Assembly (NCBI RefSeq): GCF_030028105.1
Contig: NC_092379.1
Location: 21,057,309-21,121,308, forward strand
DNA length: 64,000 bases
DNA from: Mobula birostris
Lineage: Eukaryota
Reading direction: 5' to 3'
The translations under genes were made by a program, and so were the position numbers. The notes beneath the pieces are model-generated. The model made no database searches, was not told the DNA's origin, and worked only from the letters and a program-made list of their open reading frames with translations. Shown in pieces: positions 23,870 through 36,029 of this stretch (positions are counted from its first letter, which is position 1; each line of letters begins with the position of its first letter).

Positions 23870-25570
23870 ACTCTCATCAGTATCAAAAGCAGCTTTAATA
23901 TCACTGACATATGTCATGAAATTTGTTGTGTTGTGGCAGCATTACAGTGCAACACATAAAAATCATGAATTACAATAAGATACATGTTTATATAACTCAT
24001 GCAAATCAAGAGCAAAAATAGGAGGTAGTGTTCGTAAGTTGGTTCGTTGCCTGTTCGGAAATCTGGTGGAGGAGGGGAAGAAGCTATTCCTGAAATGTTG
24101 AGTGTGTGTCTCCAGGCTCCTGTACCTCCTCTCTGATGGTAGTAATAAGAGGAGAACATGTCCGGTATGATGTGGGTCTTTAATGATGGATGTGGCTTTT
24201 TGAGGCATTGCCTTTTGAAGATGTCCTCAGTGCTGGGGAAGATGGTGCCTGTGATGGAGCTGGCTGAGTTTGCAACTCTCTGCAGCTTTTTCTGATCCTG
24301 TTCAGTGGCCTGTCTGTACCAGACAGTGATAGATAGATAGATAGATAGATATACTTTATTAATCCCGAGGGAAATTTGGTTTCGTTACAGCCCCACCAAC
24401 CAAGAATAGAGCGTAAATATAGCAATACAAATGACCCCAACAATCAAACAACAAAATGCAAACTATGCCAGATGGAAAATAAGTCCAGGACCAGTCTATT
24501 GGCTCAGGGTGCCTGACCCTTCACGGGAGGAGCTGCACGTTCGATGGCCACAGGCAGGAACGACCTCCCGTGCCGCCAAGTGTTGTATCACGGTGGAATG
24601 TGGCCGAAGTCCAACAGTAAAAAGTTCAATATCCAGTCTGCAAACACGTTCCTCGATCGTAATATACCCCGGAATACACCATCCGTTGTTAACCAAATCA
24701 GTAAGCACCCAACTCCTTTACGCTTACCACTCTCAGTGCACTTCCAGTCAGCCGGAACGGTATTACCCACCAAACTCCTCTTCTCCAAAAGTCTCTGTTG
24801 TCTCAACCCGGTCTTCTTTCTTCGGCTTTCTGAATCCCCTCTGCATCCTCTGTGTGTTTTCCTCTGGATTTCAGCAGGGGTGTCCGCCGCACTGTTTGCT
24901 AAGCCGGCCGGTATTTGCTGGTCCGTGGAATATACAATGCGACCTTGCTTCTATCCCGCGTGTCAGGATGTAATGATTTCCAGCGCTAAAGAAAACCCAA
25001 ATGAAACTCTCTCTACCAGCATGTTAGGGCGGGTGCAGCTTCGACGTGTTACCGTGAGAAAAAAAAATACAAAAAAATAACATAAATTAAAAAGTAAGAA
25101 GAAGAAATTAAGAGTAGATCGGAATGGCTGTACCAGGCTGCATGCACGACCGGCACATGCACACTAGTACAGCCACATTCTCTGTGTAACCACATCGAAT
25201 GCTTTCCGTAGTACATCTGTAGAAATTTGTGAGAATATTTGGTGAAACACCAAATCATCTCAAACTCCTAATGAAATTTAACCTGTAATGGTCCTTCTTT
25301 GTCATTTCATCAATAAGTTGGACCCAGGATAGATCTTTAGCGATGTTGACAGCCAGGGATCTGAAGCTGCTCACCCTTTCCACTGCTGATCCCTCAATGA
25401 TACCTGGTGTGTGTCCCCCCACGTTCCCTTCCCAAAGGCCACAATCAGTTCATTATTCTGACTGACACTGAGTGAAGGTCGTCATTGTCTCACCACTCAA
25501 CCAGCCAATCGATCTCACTTCTGTACCCTCCTCGTCACCATCTGAGAATCTGCCAACAACGGACAAAAGT
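23870..25570 (-). mobile_element. Rex1/Babar-like LINE fragment with a nested younger insertion (about 24328-25070)
   Basis: SIIKDPHHTGHVLLLLLPSERRYRSLETHTQHFRNSFFPS and KFLQMYYGKHS motifs. The nested element begins at a (GATA)n tail. Confidence 0.65.
24328..24351. repeat. (GATA)6 microsatellite, the 3' tail of a retroposon
   Basis: GATAGATAGATAGATAGATAGATA read directly, followed by TACTTTATT. Confidence 0.9.
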
Positions 25571-27599
25571 GTAGATGGCATTTGAGCTGTGCCGAGCCAC
25601 AAAGTCATGGGTGTGGTGTGGAGTATGTCCCATATCTCAAGTCAGAATGGGACAAAAAGGCAATGGGAGCTGGAACGGTATAGCCAAAGATTTTTAACTT
25701 CCGCTATAAGCCCAGAAAGTTTTAAACAACTTGTAATAAATACAAGCCAATGGTTGGAAGAGGCAGGTACATATGAAAATACTCAGGTGCGGTGACAAAC
25801 ATAAGGGGGTAAACTGCCCACAGTCACAGAGGTTGTTGTTTGGTGAGCTCGTGTTTCAAGAGAGGTCTTGTTTCTGCTGTGTCGGCTGACTGACGCAGAT
25901 TCCATAAGGGAATGACCAATCCCAGCGGACAGAGAGGGAATGTGGAAGGTTTACTGTGGGTGAGAGACCACTGGCAGGTTTGGGTTCTAATTAATCGTCA
26001 GGTTGAATTTAAGCTAAAGATCTCAATGTGTTGCAGTTAGTGAGGAAAACAAGGATACAGAGTGGTGGACATTACACTGCTATGGAGTAGGGAGCTAATT
26101 AGACAGCATCTGGGGCACTGGCTGTGATTCTTGCCATCCACCCTCGGGAGGGATATGTGTTCCTTGGAGAGGGGGTGGGTGGGCCAGGGGCAGTGAAGTG
26201 CTACCGGGACTGGGTTAGAGTATTCGGTCTGGTTTCTTGTTCCCTAAAGTGTGGAAAATTGAAGGCCATTGTAATTGGGGGGTTTAAAAGTATTCAGGAA
26301 TGGTGCAGAAGAGTAATACAAAGAATCTGTTGCTTCAGGATATACAGGGCGCTGGAAATCTGGAATTCTCCCTGGGAAGTAGTCAGGACCAGCGTGGTGG
26401 GAGTGGGATGTATCAGCTGAAACTTCAAAATTAATAGAATTTTGTTTGAGTTCAATTACTAAAATATGTGGAGCCAAGGAGGGTAAATGGAGCTGGGACA
26501 CAGGTCAGATTAAGAGGGAATAGACAGGAGGACTGAACACCCACCTTCAGACACAGTGCACGGGATAAATTTGAACAGAATATCTGTGTGCAGCTGTTGG
26601 TTTACCAGAAACACATTTCATATTTTCATTCTTGACAGGTGGATGAAACTGGGCAGTGATATCGGGGATATTTCCTTCTCAGCTTCCTGTCGGAGATGTG
26701 TCTTGACTTAATCTGAACAGGGGCTTTCCAGAGGAAATAGGCTTGCTAAAAAAGCATGGAAATACTTTTCTGATTCAGGAACCAATACAGTACCAATAAA
26801 CAATTCTTGTATTACTGAAAAGAGGATTGATTAATGGGACTGAAAGTCTGAAGGGAGAAGGGGTCCATGCAGGAATGGAGACATCTGTCCTCTGGGAAGT
26901 AACAATATAAAACTGACTTGAAGCAAACTTAAATACTTATTGGGTTCTATGGAAAGATAACAGAGATTGGCTCAGATTATTGACACTGCAAGCAGGAAAT
27001 TTGTGATCTGGCCCAATGCCATTATACTGATGTTTCCAACTAAACTGCTCCAGTACAGATACAACACTGACATCTGCACAAGAATGGGTAAAAATTGCCC
27101 AGTATGTCCCTTCTCAAAATATAGTATAAATCGAATAAGACAAAAATGGCCCAAAGCTGTAGATGACAGTGTTGGAAAGTGGCACTTACTCACCAAATAA
27201 CCTAATCACCAGCGACCAGTTTAGGTTTTGCTGGGACCACTTGGTTCTCCATTGATCAATCTTGTTGTCTTATCTGCTACTCTCATTTCCTCTGAAAACA
27301 CATTCCAGATACCAACCACAATTTTGCCTCATAAATCTCATTTATACTTTTCCCTCTCACCTGAAACTTCTGCCCTCTGGCCTTTGACGTTTCTACTCTA
27401 CAAAAAGTCTGTGATTGTCTGTGCTTCTCATAAATTTATGTACTTCTGTCAGTCCATCCCACAGTCTCTAATGCTCCAGCAAAAACAGTCCAATGTTTAT
27501 CTAACCTCTCCTTACAGCTGATATGCTCCAATCCCAACAACACTCAACTGAATCTACTCTTCACCCTTTCCAAAGCATCCACATCATTCCTGTAATGAA

Positions 27600-29990
27600 A
27601 TGACTAGAACTTTACCTGATCCAAATGTGAAATTAGCATACAAACTCAAGATATGCTGGACAATTTTGGAAGGGATCCCTCCCGTATGATCTGAGAATTC
27701 GGCAGAGGCTCTCCCTGTGGATGCTATCAAAAGTCCTTTCAAACTCCATGAAATTTATGTATAGTTGTCTCTGCCACTCTGTGCACTGCTCTATCATGTT
27801 ATGCAGCATGAAGATCTAGTTGACACAGCCTCCATTCATCCTGAAGCCAACTTGCTCCTTCTTTAAGAAAACATCTACAGCATCTGTAATCCATTGAATG
27901 ACTTTGGGGAGACAAAAGTGTGATGCTACACAAGTGTTGCAATCACTTTGTGCTCCTTTCTTGGGCAACCTAGCTCCCTTTGTCCAGTCTCTGGGCACTT
28001 GTCCTCATTCCCAGATTATAGTAAACAGTGGTTGCAGGATGACCGCTGCAATTTTTGGGACAGGTTTGAACAGTTCGGCTTTCAAATTGTCATGTTCTGG
28101 AGCTTTGCTGTTTATTAATGATTTAATCACAGGAACAATCTCTTCTTGCTTGGCTGGATCTGCATTGATGTCAAGGTCCTCTGCTTCTATTCTGTAAATC
28201 TCTGAAATATCCTGTCCATTGTGCTTGGAACTTTCCACATACCAGTTTTGAAATCTTGTATATATTTTCCTGATCAAGCCAACTGGCTGCTGCTGTGACC
28301 ACCACTGCAAGATTTTCCAAGTAAAATCTCTTATCCATTCTTAGAAGCTCTTCACTTTCTTGCTAGCTTCAGTGAATGCCAATTGAAGTTTCATCTTAAT
28401 TCGTGTTGACCTTGCATTGAACGCATTCTCCCTAATTTTCTATCTTTCTTCTAAGGCTATCCATGTTTCCAGCTGTATCCATTCTTTGTTTTTCTTTCCA
28501 GCTCTGTAATGTAGACAAGCCTCACTGATCTCCTTGAATACTGACACAATCTGTTTCCACATTGTGTTGATCTTGTCCATTGACACTTCCTCCCCAAGGC
28601 CTGAAATTTGTTAAGTTGAGCTTCCCAACATCGAAACATGTACTCTGGTCCCAGTGCTTCTCAGCTTGAGTTTTATCACGGTTACAACAAGGTGGTGTGA
28701 TTACTTCCTGTATCTGCTTCTCTCTTCACCTTTACACCCTGCAAGGATTATCTCCATGTACCAGTGATCATCAAATGGTCAATCTGGATATTGTCACGTC
28801 CACTGGGTGAGCACCATGTCAGTTTGTGGATTTCATGGTGTGGAAAGAGGGTCCCTCCTGTGACCAGATTGTTCATGGCACAGAATTCCACCAGACTTTC
28901 ACCATTGTTATTGATTGTTCTACATCCTTATGTATCCATGACCCGAGTGAAGTGTGAGTTGTATTTTCCACTTTGCCATTTAGATCTCCTATGATGATGA
29001 TTATGTCACGGCGTGGTGTTAACTCTACCTCTGCTGTTTGTAGAAGGTGTCTTTTTCTTCAATGTCACTATGGTTATTTGGAGCATAGCACTCGATCACA
29101 GTCATGTTCACTTCTTTCACTCTCAGTCTGACTCTCACCAGCCGACTGTTTATTGGTTTTCACTCCAGTGGGCACTTCTCAATGCCTTTCTTCAAAATGG
29201 TTGCTGCCTTTAGTCTGCCAGACCCAGTCTATCTGCTTTCACAGACACCAGTGTATGTTGGCTGTAATTACACATTACTGTGTTTATCTGTGTGAGCTCA
29301 CCAGTGTTGTACATGGTTCGTACATTCCCAAAAAAACATTTTTGGTCTTGACCTTGGCGAAGATCATGGCTTCCTTCACCATGCCTGTAGCTTCCTCTCA
29401 GTTTTTATTACTGTTAGCCATGCAAGTCCTGAGTGGTGACTAGGGAACAACAACTCAGATTTAGAAGTATTCTTCAATGCTGTTTCCATAACTGTGAGAA
29501 GAGACTTTGACGAGGATGGTTTGGACCCAAATGCTGGAGTATCCGAAGCAAAGATCAAGACATGGAATCAAACTGGATCGAGAACTGAGCACAAAACAAA
29601 CGCTAGACAATATCACTAGTAGAGTTTATGACTGAGCATCAAACATTAGTTCAGGTGGCCTTTAAATACTCAATTCTTGGTGCCCAAAACATGATTGTCA
29701 ATAAGCGAGATTATCCTGAACCTTAAAGGGGCTGCAACCAGCTATTTGTACTCCAGAGACTGAGAGAATCTAATTCCTGGAAGCTGGTGTGGTTGGGAGT
29801 GTCTCATAACAATTACAATTTTTATTCATTTGACGAGCCAGGTTCACTAACCATGACCTGAAACTCTGAACCTGGAAGAACGGTGGGCCACTCTTTGTCT
29901 GGCCTCTACCCTTTGACCTGTTTGGCATGGGTGACCCTACCTAGAGCTAAAGCACAGGGCCCTGACTCAAGCCAACATAGATCTCTGGGC
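27600..29990 (-). mobile_element. RTE-BovB-like LINE, decayed
   Basis: EIVPVIKSLINSKAPEHDNLKAELFK..AAVILQPLFTIIWE, IVKLPKKG..SDCN and LKKEQVGFR are RTE-clade RT motifs; upstream endonuclease remnants are present. Confidence 0.75.
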
Positions 29991-30559
29991 CACTGAGGCA
30001 CTCAAGCCACAAAACCCTACAGCAAGGTTGTTGTCCTCTTGGAGGAAAAAGAAACGAATCACCATTTTGTTTGGTAACATGGTGGGCTTGTTGTGTCAGG
30101 TGGACATAGAAGATTTGGAAAATTTTCCACTATCTGTCCCAACATTGATCCCTCAACTAGCATCACAGAATGTCAGTTCTCTTTATACATCATTGCTTGT
30201 TTCAGAGAGGTTGCTCTGTGTAATTTAGGTCCCATCTTCCCTCCGTGACAACAGAGACTCCACTTCAAAAGGTAGTTCATTGTCTGCAGATACCACACTG
30301 GTTTGCCATGGAGTCATGAAAGCTGCTGAGTGATGACAAATCAAGTCAGAGCGGGGAGATCTGTTTTGGTCAGTAATTTGATCAGTGCAAGATTTGGGGC
30401 ACACAATAGTCCCATCACCAAGATGGGTAATCAAAATTACCCACCTTACTGATCTACACCTTGGATACACTCCCCCCCCCCACCCCACGACAGTTTCCTT
30501 TCAATACGGACCGTTCAGCTGCGCTTGTCTGCCAGTCTACTGGGAAGCATCAATCACAA

Positions 30560-32165
30560 TGCACTGGAGGATCTCAGCAGGTCAGTCAGCATCAGTTGAA
30601 ATGATTAGTCGACATTTCGGGCTGAAACCCTTCGTCAGGACTGAAGGAAGAACTTTGGGGAGGGTTTGAAGAATGCTGGTAGTTGAAAAAGAGAGTAATT
30701 TTAAAGACAAAGGGGTGCAGGAGGGGAAGCAGGGAGGTGATTGGCAGGAGAACAATGCAAAGTAGTTGAAGGAGGTGGAACTATGAGAAAGGTGATGTGA
30801 AATAGGGATAGAGGAAGGGAGGGGGAGGGAATTACTGGAAGTTGGAGAATTCTATGTACATACCAAGGGGCTGGAGACTACCTAGACAGTATATGAGGTT
30901 TTGCTCCTCCAACCTGAGTTTAGCCTCATCAAGGAAGTAGAGGAAGCCATGTATAGACATATCTGAATGGGAATGGGAAGCAGAGTTGAAGTGGGTGGCT
31001 ACCGGGAGATCCTGTCTGTTGTGGCAGATGGAGTGGAGGTGCTCTACGAAGCGGTCCCCCAATCTGCATCGGGTTCCACCAATGTAGAGGAGACCACATC
31101 GGGAGCACCGGATGCAATAGATGACCCCAACAGATTCGCAAGTGAAGTGTTGCCTCACCTGGAAGGACTGTTTGGGGCCCTGAATGGTGGCAAGAGAGGA
31201 GGTGTAGGGACAGGTGTAGCACTGACACTTACAGGGATAAGTGCTGGGTGGGAGATCTGTGGGATGGACGTGCAGATAAGTGAGTCGCGGAGGGATCGAT
31301 CCCTGCGGAAAGCGGAGAGGGAAAGATGTGCTTAGTGGTGGGGTCCTGTTGAAGGTGGCAGAGTTTGCGGAAGATAATGTGCTGGATCCGGAGGCTGGTG
31401 GGGTGGTAGGCGAGGACAAGGGGAACTCTGTCCCTGTCCCTGGTGGCGGGAAGATGGGGTGAGGGCCGAAGTGCGGGAAATAGAGGAGATGCGGGTGAGG
31501 GCATCATTGATCACCGTAGAAGGGAAACCACGATCCTTAAAGAAGGAGGACATTTGAGATGTCCTGGAACGGAAAGCCTCACCTGGGGAGCAGATGCGGC
31601 GGAGACAGAGGAACTGGGAATAGGGAATGGCATTTTTGCATGTGGCGGGGTGGGAAGAGGTTTAGTCAAGGTAGTTATGAGAGTCAGTGGGCTTGTAGAA
31701 GATGTCAGTGGACAGTCTATCTCCAGAGATGGAGACCGAGACACCGAGAAAGGGGAGAGAAGTGTCAGAGATAGACTAAGTGAATTTGAGGTCTGGGTTG
31801 AAGTTTGAAGTAAAGTCGATGAAATTGACGAGCTCAGCATGGGTGCAGGAAGCAGCACCAATGTAGTCGTCAATGTATCGAAGGAAAAGTTGGGGAGCAG
31901 TACCAGAATAGGTTTGAAGCACAGAATCTTCCATAGAACCAATGAAGAGGCAGGTGTAGCTGGGTCCCATGTGAGTTCCCAAAGCTACACCCTTAGTCTG
32001 AAGAAAGTGGGAAGAGCCAAAAGAGAAGTTATTAAGTGTGAGAACCAGTTCCGCCAACTGGAGGAGGGTAGTGGTGGTGGGGAACTGGTGAGGTCTATTA
32101 TCCAGGAAGTAGCGGATGGCTTTGAGGCCTTCTTGATGGGGAATGGAGGTGGGAAGCATCCTGCT
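30560..32165 (-). mobile_element. Penelope-like retroelement (RT plus GIY-YIG), 5'-truncated and frameshifted
   Basis: ORFs 31776-32159 (LTLNNFSFGSSHFLQTKGVALGTHMGPSY, FLRYIDD) and 30832-31419 (VIYCIRCSRCGLLYIGGT.CRLGDRFVEHL, GIY-YIG), plus a terminal-repeat tail containing CCCGAAATGTCGAC. Confidence 0.9.
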
Positions 32166-32771
32166 AACAGCAACAACAACTTCTCCTGCTGTGTGGCTTC
32201 AGCTCCCGAGTTCCCTGCATCAAACATCCTGTTCCTCTCACCGGCCGAAAGAGATCAAAGAGATTTTGTGGGGAGAATTGCTCATGGTTTAGCAGCGAAA
32301 TTCATGGTGCCTCGTCCCTGAAAGCGAAAATATCTTATGTGTAGATTCCACCCATTTCCAGCAGAAATCTCTGTTAAACATTGATTCTCGTGGTATGGGT
32401 GCAGGCAGAAGATTGTGTGGTAACTCTTTTTGTTGCTTAATACATTTTCCTGCAAAGACAGTCTCAGACAGTGTCTCTAAAGAGAATATCTGTCCACTGA
32501 CTGTTGTCTCTCATTCTCTCTGGCTGGGATTCTGTGTGTTTCAGTTTACACAAACCGTTCATCGCTGAAATTGTTGAATCGAGCAGAGTGTGGCAGATCT
32601 TTAATCCGGATCTGGTCACGGCCGCTGACCTGCCGCCTGTTGCAGAGACAAACATCTTTTGGGGAATTGAAATCGCTGCTGTAGGTGGGAACAGGAAGCC
32701 GCGCCTCTGTTTTCAGTGTGTGAGAGCCTGTTCAAACCGTGGCTCCCTCTCTCACTCACAGCCCACGTCCC

Positions 32772-32779
32772 TATTTAAA
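32772..32779 (+). promoter_or_regulatory. TATA-like box of the IgW V promoter
   Basis: TATTTAAA about 90 bp upstream of the leader ATG. No canonical ATGCAAAT octamer seen nearby, consistent with what I recall of elasmobranch IgH promoters. Confidence 0.5.
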
Positions 32780-32867
32780 CAGCGCTCACTGCGGCTCCGG
32801 ACAAAGCCGGCCGGAGCTGAAGCCGCCGATCTCAAAAGTGTCCAAGTCTAGCTCAGTGTTCAGGGCG

Positions 32868-32913
32868 ATGGGGGTCGTTCCTTATCTCTGTCTCCTCCTG
32901 TCTTGTCTGGCAG
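32868..32913 (+). CDS. IgW: IgW heavy chain leader exon (MGVVPYLCLLLSCLA-G)
   Basis: ATG at 32868, hydrophobic signal peptide, phase-1 donor CAG|GTGGGT, then a 108-bp intron to acceptor TTGACAG at 33021. Confidence 0.93.
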
Positions 32914-33021
32914 GTGGGTGGCCCACGGCTTGTCGCCCTCCCGGGACCGGCTGTTTCTCGGAGGCTTTGTGAACCTCTGCCCGTGGAACATTTTATTAAT
33001 TTCTGCTCTTTTTATTGACAG

Positions 33022-33342
33022 GCGTGCGGTCCGACATCGTGCTGACACAGCCCGAGTCAGCGGTGGTAAATCCCGGACAGTCCCACACACTGACCTGTGC
33101 GGTCAGTGGGTTCAATGTCTACAGCTACTGGATGAGCTGGGTGAAGCAGGTCCCCGGGCAAGGGTTTGAGTGGCTGGTAACGTATTATAGTGAAAGTAAC
33201 AAGTATTACGCGCCTGGAGTCCAGAGCCGCTTCACCGCTTCCAAGGACAGCAGCAACTTTTATCTGCAAATGAAAAACCTGAGAGTGAACGACACGGCCA
33301 CCTATTACTGTACGAAAGATGACAGCTGGGGTGGATATGGAG
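33022..33342 (+). CDS. IgW: IgW VH exon fused in frame to D-derived sequence (VD/VDD)
   Basis: [85 protein letters not shown]. Both Cys and the Trp are present, there are no stops, and 31 nt lie between the second Cys codon and the heptamer. Confidence 0.95.
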
Positions 33343-33370
33343 CACGGTGACTGGGAGCTGAACAGCAACT
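33343..33370 (+). other. 12-bp-spacer recombination signal sequence 3' of the VD unit
   Basis: Heptamer CACGGTG (33343-33349), 12-nt spacer ACTGGGAGCTGA, nonamer ACAGCAACT (6/9 match to ACAAAAACC). Confidence 0.85.
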
Positions 33371-33706
33371 GGTCCTGACAAAGGAGCATCTGCAGCGCAG
33401 TCTGTCTCCACGGATTCCGCATTGCTGCTTCCCAGAGTCAAATCCCTGAAGCCTCACTCGGACTGCTGGGCACAAATGTCCATTCGTGGAGAATTAAAAG
33501 CTCGAAAAGGATTTGACTCTGATTCCGGGGGATGGCGGGAGCCGGTGTCCGCAGACAGGAAAACTGTGAAAATGCCTCTTTTATTCACACGCCAGGAAGA
33601 GACAAGGACGGAGTTTGGAATGGAAATCCAGGAAGCGGCTGCTCCCGTTCCGGACAGGGATCATGTTGACATTTTGCTGAGATTATTGGATGTGACGGGC
33701 AAGTGA

Positions 33707-33745
33707 AATTACTGCACTGGGTGAATGGGGAGACGGAGCACTGTG
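33707..33745 (-). other. 23-bp-spacer RSS 5' of JH (perfect heptamer, degenerate nonamer)
   Basis: CACTGTG at 33739-33745 abuts J. At 23-nt spacing the nonamer is AATTACTGC (reverse complement GCAGTAATT, 4/9 match). Confidence 0.7.
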
Positions 33746-33793
33746 ACTATGTTCACAACTTGGGCGGAGGAACCTTGCTGACAGTGTCTTCAG
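33746..33793 (+). CDS. IgW: IgW JH segment (YVHNLGGGTLLTVSS)
   Basis: Follows the heptamer, contains the GGGT.LTVSS motif and ends at phase-1 donor CAG|GTAAAA. The Trp of WGxG is replaced by Leu (TTG). Confidence 0.92.
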
Positions 33794-36029
33794 GTAAAAC
33801 CAACTTCTCAACTGTATCTTCACGCACAAGTATTTTATCTATTTTTTGACTAATTCGGTGATTCACCTGAAATCAGTGAGATATTTAGAGCAAGTACATG
33901 AATCTCCCCGAACCGGCGGGTTTCTCTAGAGCCCAGTAACAGTACAAGGGTACATACCCCACCCACCAGTGAACTGTCCACAGACCGGGAACAGGTTCGG
34001 GAATGGGGTCGGATCTTGTCACCAGACTGTGCCTTGACACCGGCGGATTGTGCTGAGTGAGCTCAGTGTTTGGTTCAAGTCTGGCTTCTGATCCTCAGCA
34101 CTAACTGAAGCCACGTTCAGGGGCTGAGCGTTTCAGTGCAGTTGAACTTGTTCCCTGTCAGTGACAACAATGGATCTGTTCAGTGTCAAATTATTGGGAT
34201 CGGGTTTTACTTTCGGCTGCTTTCATGTTGAAGGTAATGGGATTAAGACATAATCTGAGGGAATGGTGTACACATGTATGATCTGGTTGATGGCTCAATA
34301 TCCCCAGGGTACAGGTGGGTGTCAGTCCTATCATGTAATGTCCAGCGTTGTAATGTCCGGCGTGAGGTCCGTCCCGGGATACAGCACAAGTATCGGCGAT
34401 ATCCCAGGACTAATTGATGAGATTAAGGTTTTAATTTTATTCCTTGATGGGTGAGGAGGTGTGGTACAGTGGGGAACAATTTTGGAGTTAGGAAGGCAGT
34501 GGGGAAGTGGTGCAGGAAAGGTAAGGTAGGGAATTGAAATCCCAATTCCTTCACATATTCCAGGCAGCATTGCATTGGTAGGAGAGGGTAGGGGAGTGGT
34601 GCAGGTGAGGTGGGGAGGGAAGCGTTCAAGTCAATAATGTGTAATAGGCAAGCATTTAAGGGAAGGTTTGTTTATGAACGTTTGTGATCTGGAACGCACT
34701 GCCTGAATGATGGTATTGGCCAATAGTGAGTGTAGAGAGGGAACAGGAGGAGATCTGCCTTTTGTCAGGATACAGGGAAGAGCAGAGAGACCAGTGGGTT
34801 TATTCGGTTTGCTCAGCTGAAGGGAAGCACAGACACTATCGGATGAATGGCCTTACTCCCTGCTCTGTCGTTCAATGGAATCAGTTCTTATTTTGTAAAT
34901 ATGAGAATTTCCTTCTGAAAGGGATTCCATCAAGCACCCCAGAGTACACAGAGCATGAATTAAATGCAGATTAGAGCTCCCATGTCCTGTCCAGGCAGCT
35001 ATAGATTAGACACAAATATCCTTCTGCAGTGTCCCATCCCTCCTAGGACAGGGGCAGCAGAGGTTAGACACAGAGTGTAGCTTCCCCCACCTTGTCCCAT
35101 CACACACTCACGAGTTGAACTTTACTGTTCAAATGAACTGCTCATTCTCAGTTCACAGACAGAGCAACTGCTCTAATTTCTTGCCCTCCTCCATACCCCG
35201 ACTGGATTTGTTTAACAAGTGCTTTCCTACATTAACCAGTGTTGCTGGTGATTCAGTAAAAGTGGTTGTGAGATAAAGTGCTGACATTTACTGAGCACCT
35301 TTCATGGTGTCCCCGAGCTCTTCACAGGCAATGAAGTAGTTTCAAAGTACAGCCCTGTTGTAGAGTCGGGAATGTGGAGCCACTCTGCACACAGCAGAAT
35401 CCACAAACTGCAAGGTGAGAACGATCAGAGGTCTGTTCTGGTGATGTTATTGAAGGAGAAATATTGTCCAGGACACCGTGGACACAGTGATCCAATGGAC
35501 AGGCACAAGGTTGGATTCGGAGTGATGGGAAACAGGGCAGTACATCAAAGCAGATGAGTAGTGCAGAGGGATGGATGAACAGTCCACGGATACCACCACA
35601 ACAAAACTGACATATTTAAACTCAGTTCATAATAACCCGCAACAGATTTGGATGTGTGGTCAAATTTCCAACATCCTAATAATTGATATTGTTTTTAAAT
35701 GTAGTCATTAGTAATGATGACCCCTCAGTTTTACTGATGTCCCTCAGGGAAGGAGATCTCTCATCCTTACCCATTGAGCCTATTTATGACTCCTGACCCT
35801 TCAGTGTGTTTTTCTCCAGAATGGCAACTCAGACTTACTGGCAAAGCCCAGATCCCAAAAGATGAATAAATAAGATTGCCCACCTTTTGTTCATACTACC
35901 CGATGTTGTATCCACTTACTACAGTACAGACTAAAATCAGACCAAGTCTCCCTGATCTACTGATTCACCATCGATCATTTTATACAAATACTCGTGTCAT
36001 TTCATTGCAAATTTCTTCTGAGCTGATCA

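Noticed and set aside
24431-25080. 180-aa and 178-aa overlapping ORFs
   Set aside because: They lie inside a retroposon insertion behind a (GATA)n tail and show no recognisable domain.
25860-25960. TGACGCA plus CCAAT as an MHC-type S-X-Y promoter module
   Set aside because: Orientation and spacing do not fit, there is no X1 box, and no downstream coding exon was found.
30225-30488. 87-aa minus-strand ORF in non-repeat-looking sequence
   Set aside because: No splice signals or domain similarity that I can recognise.
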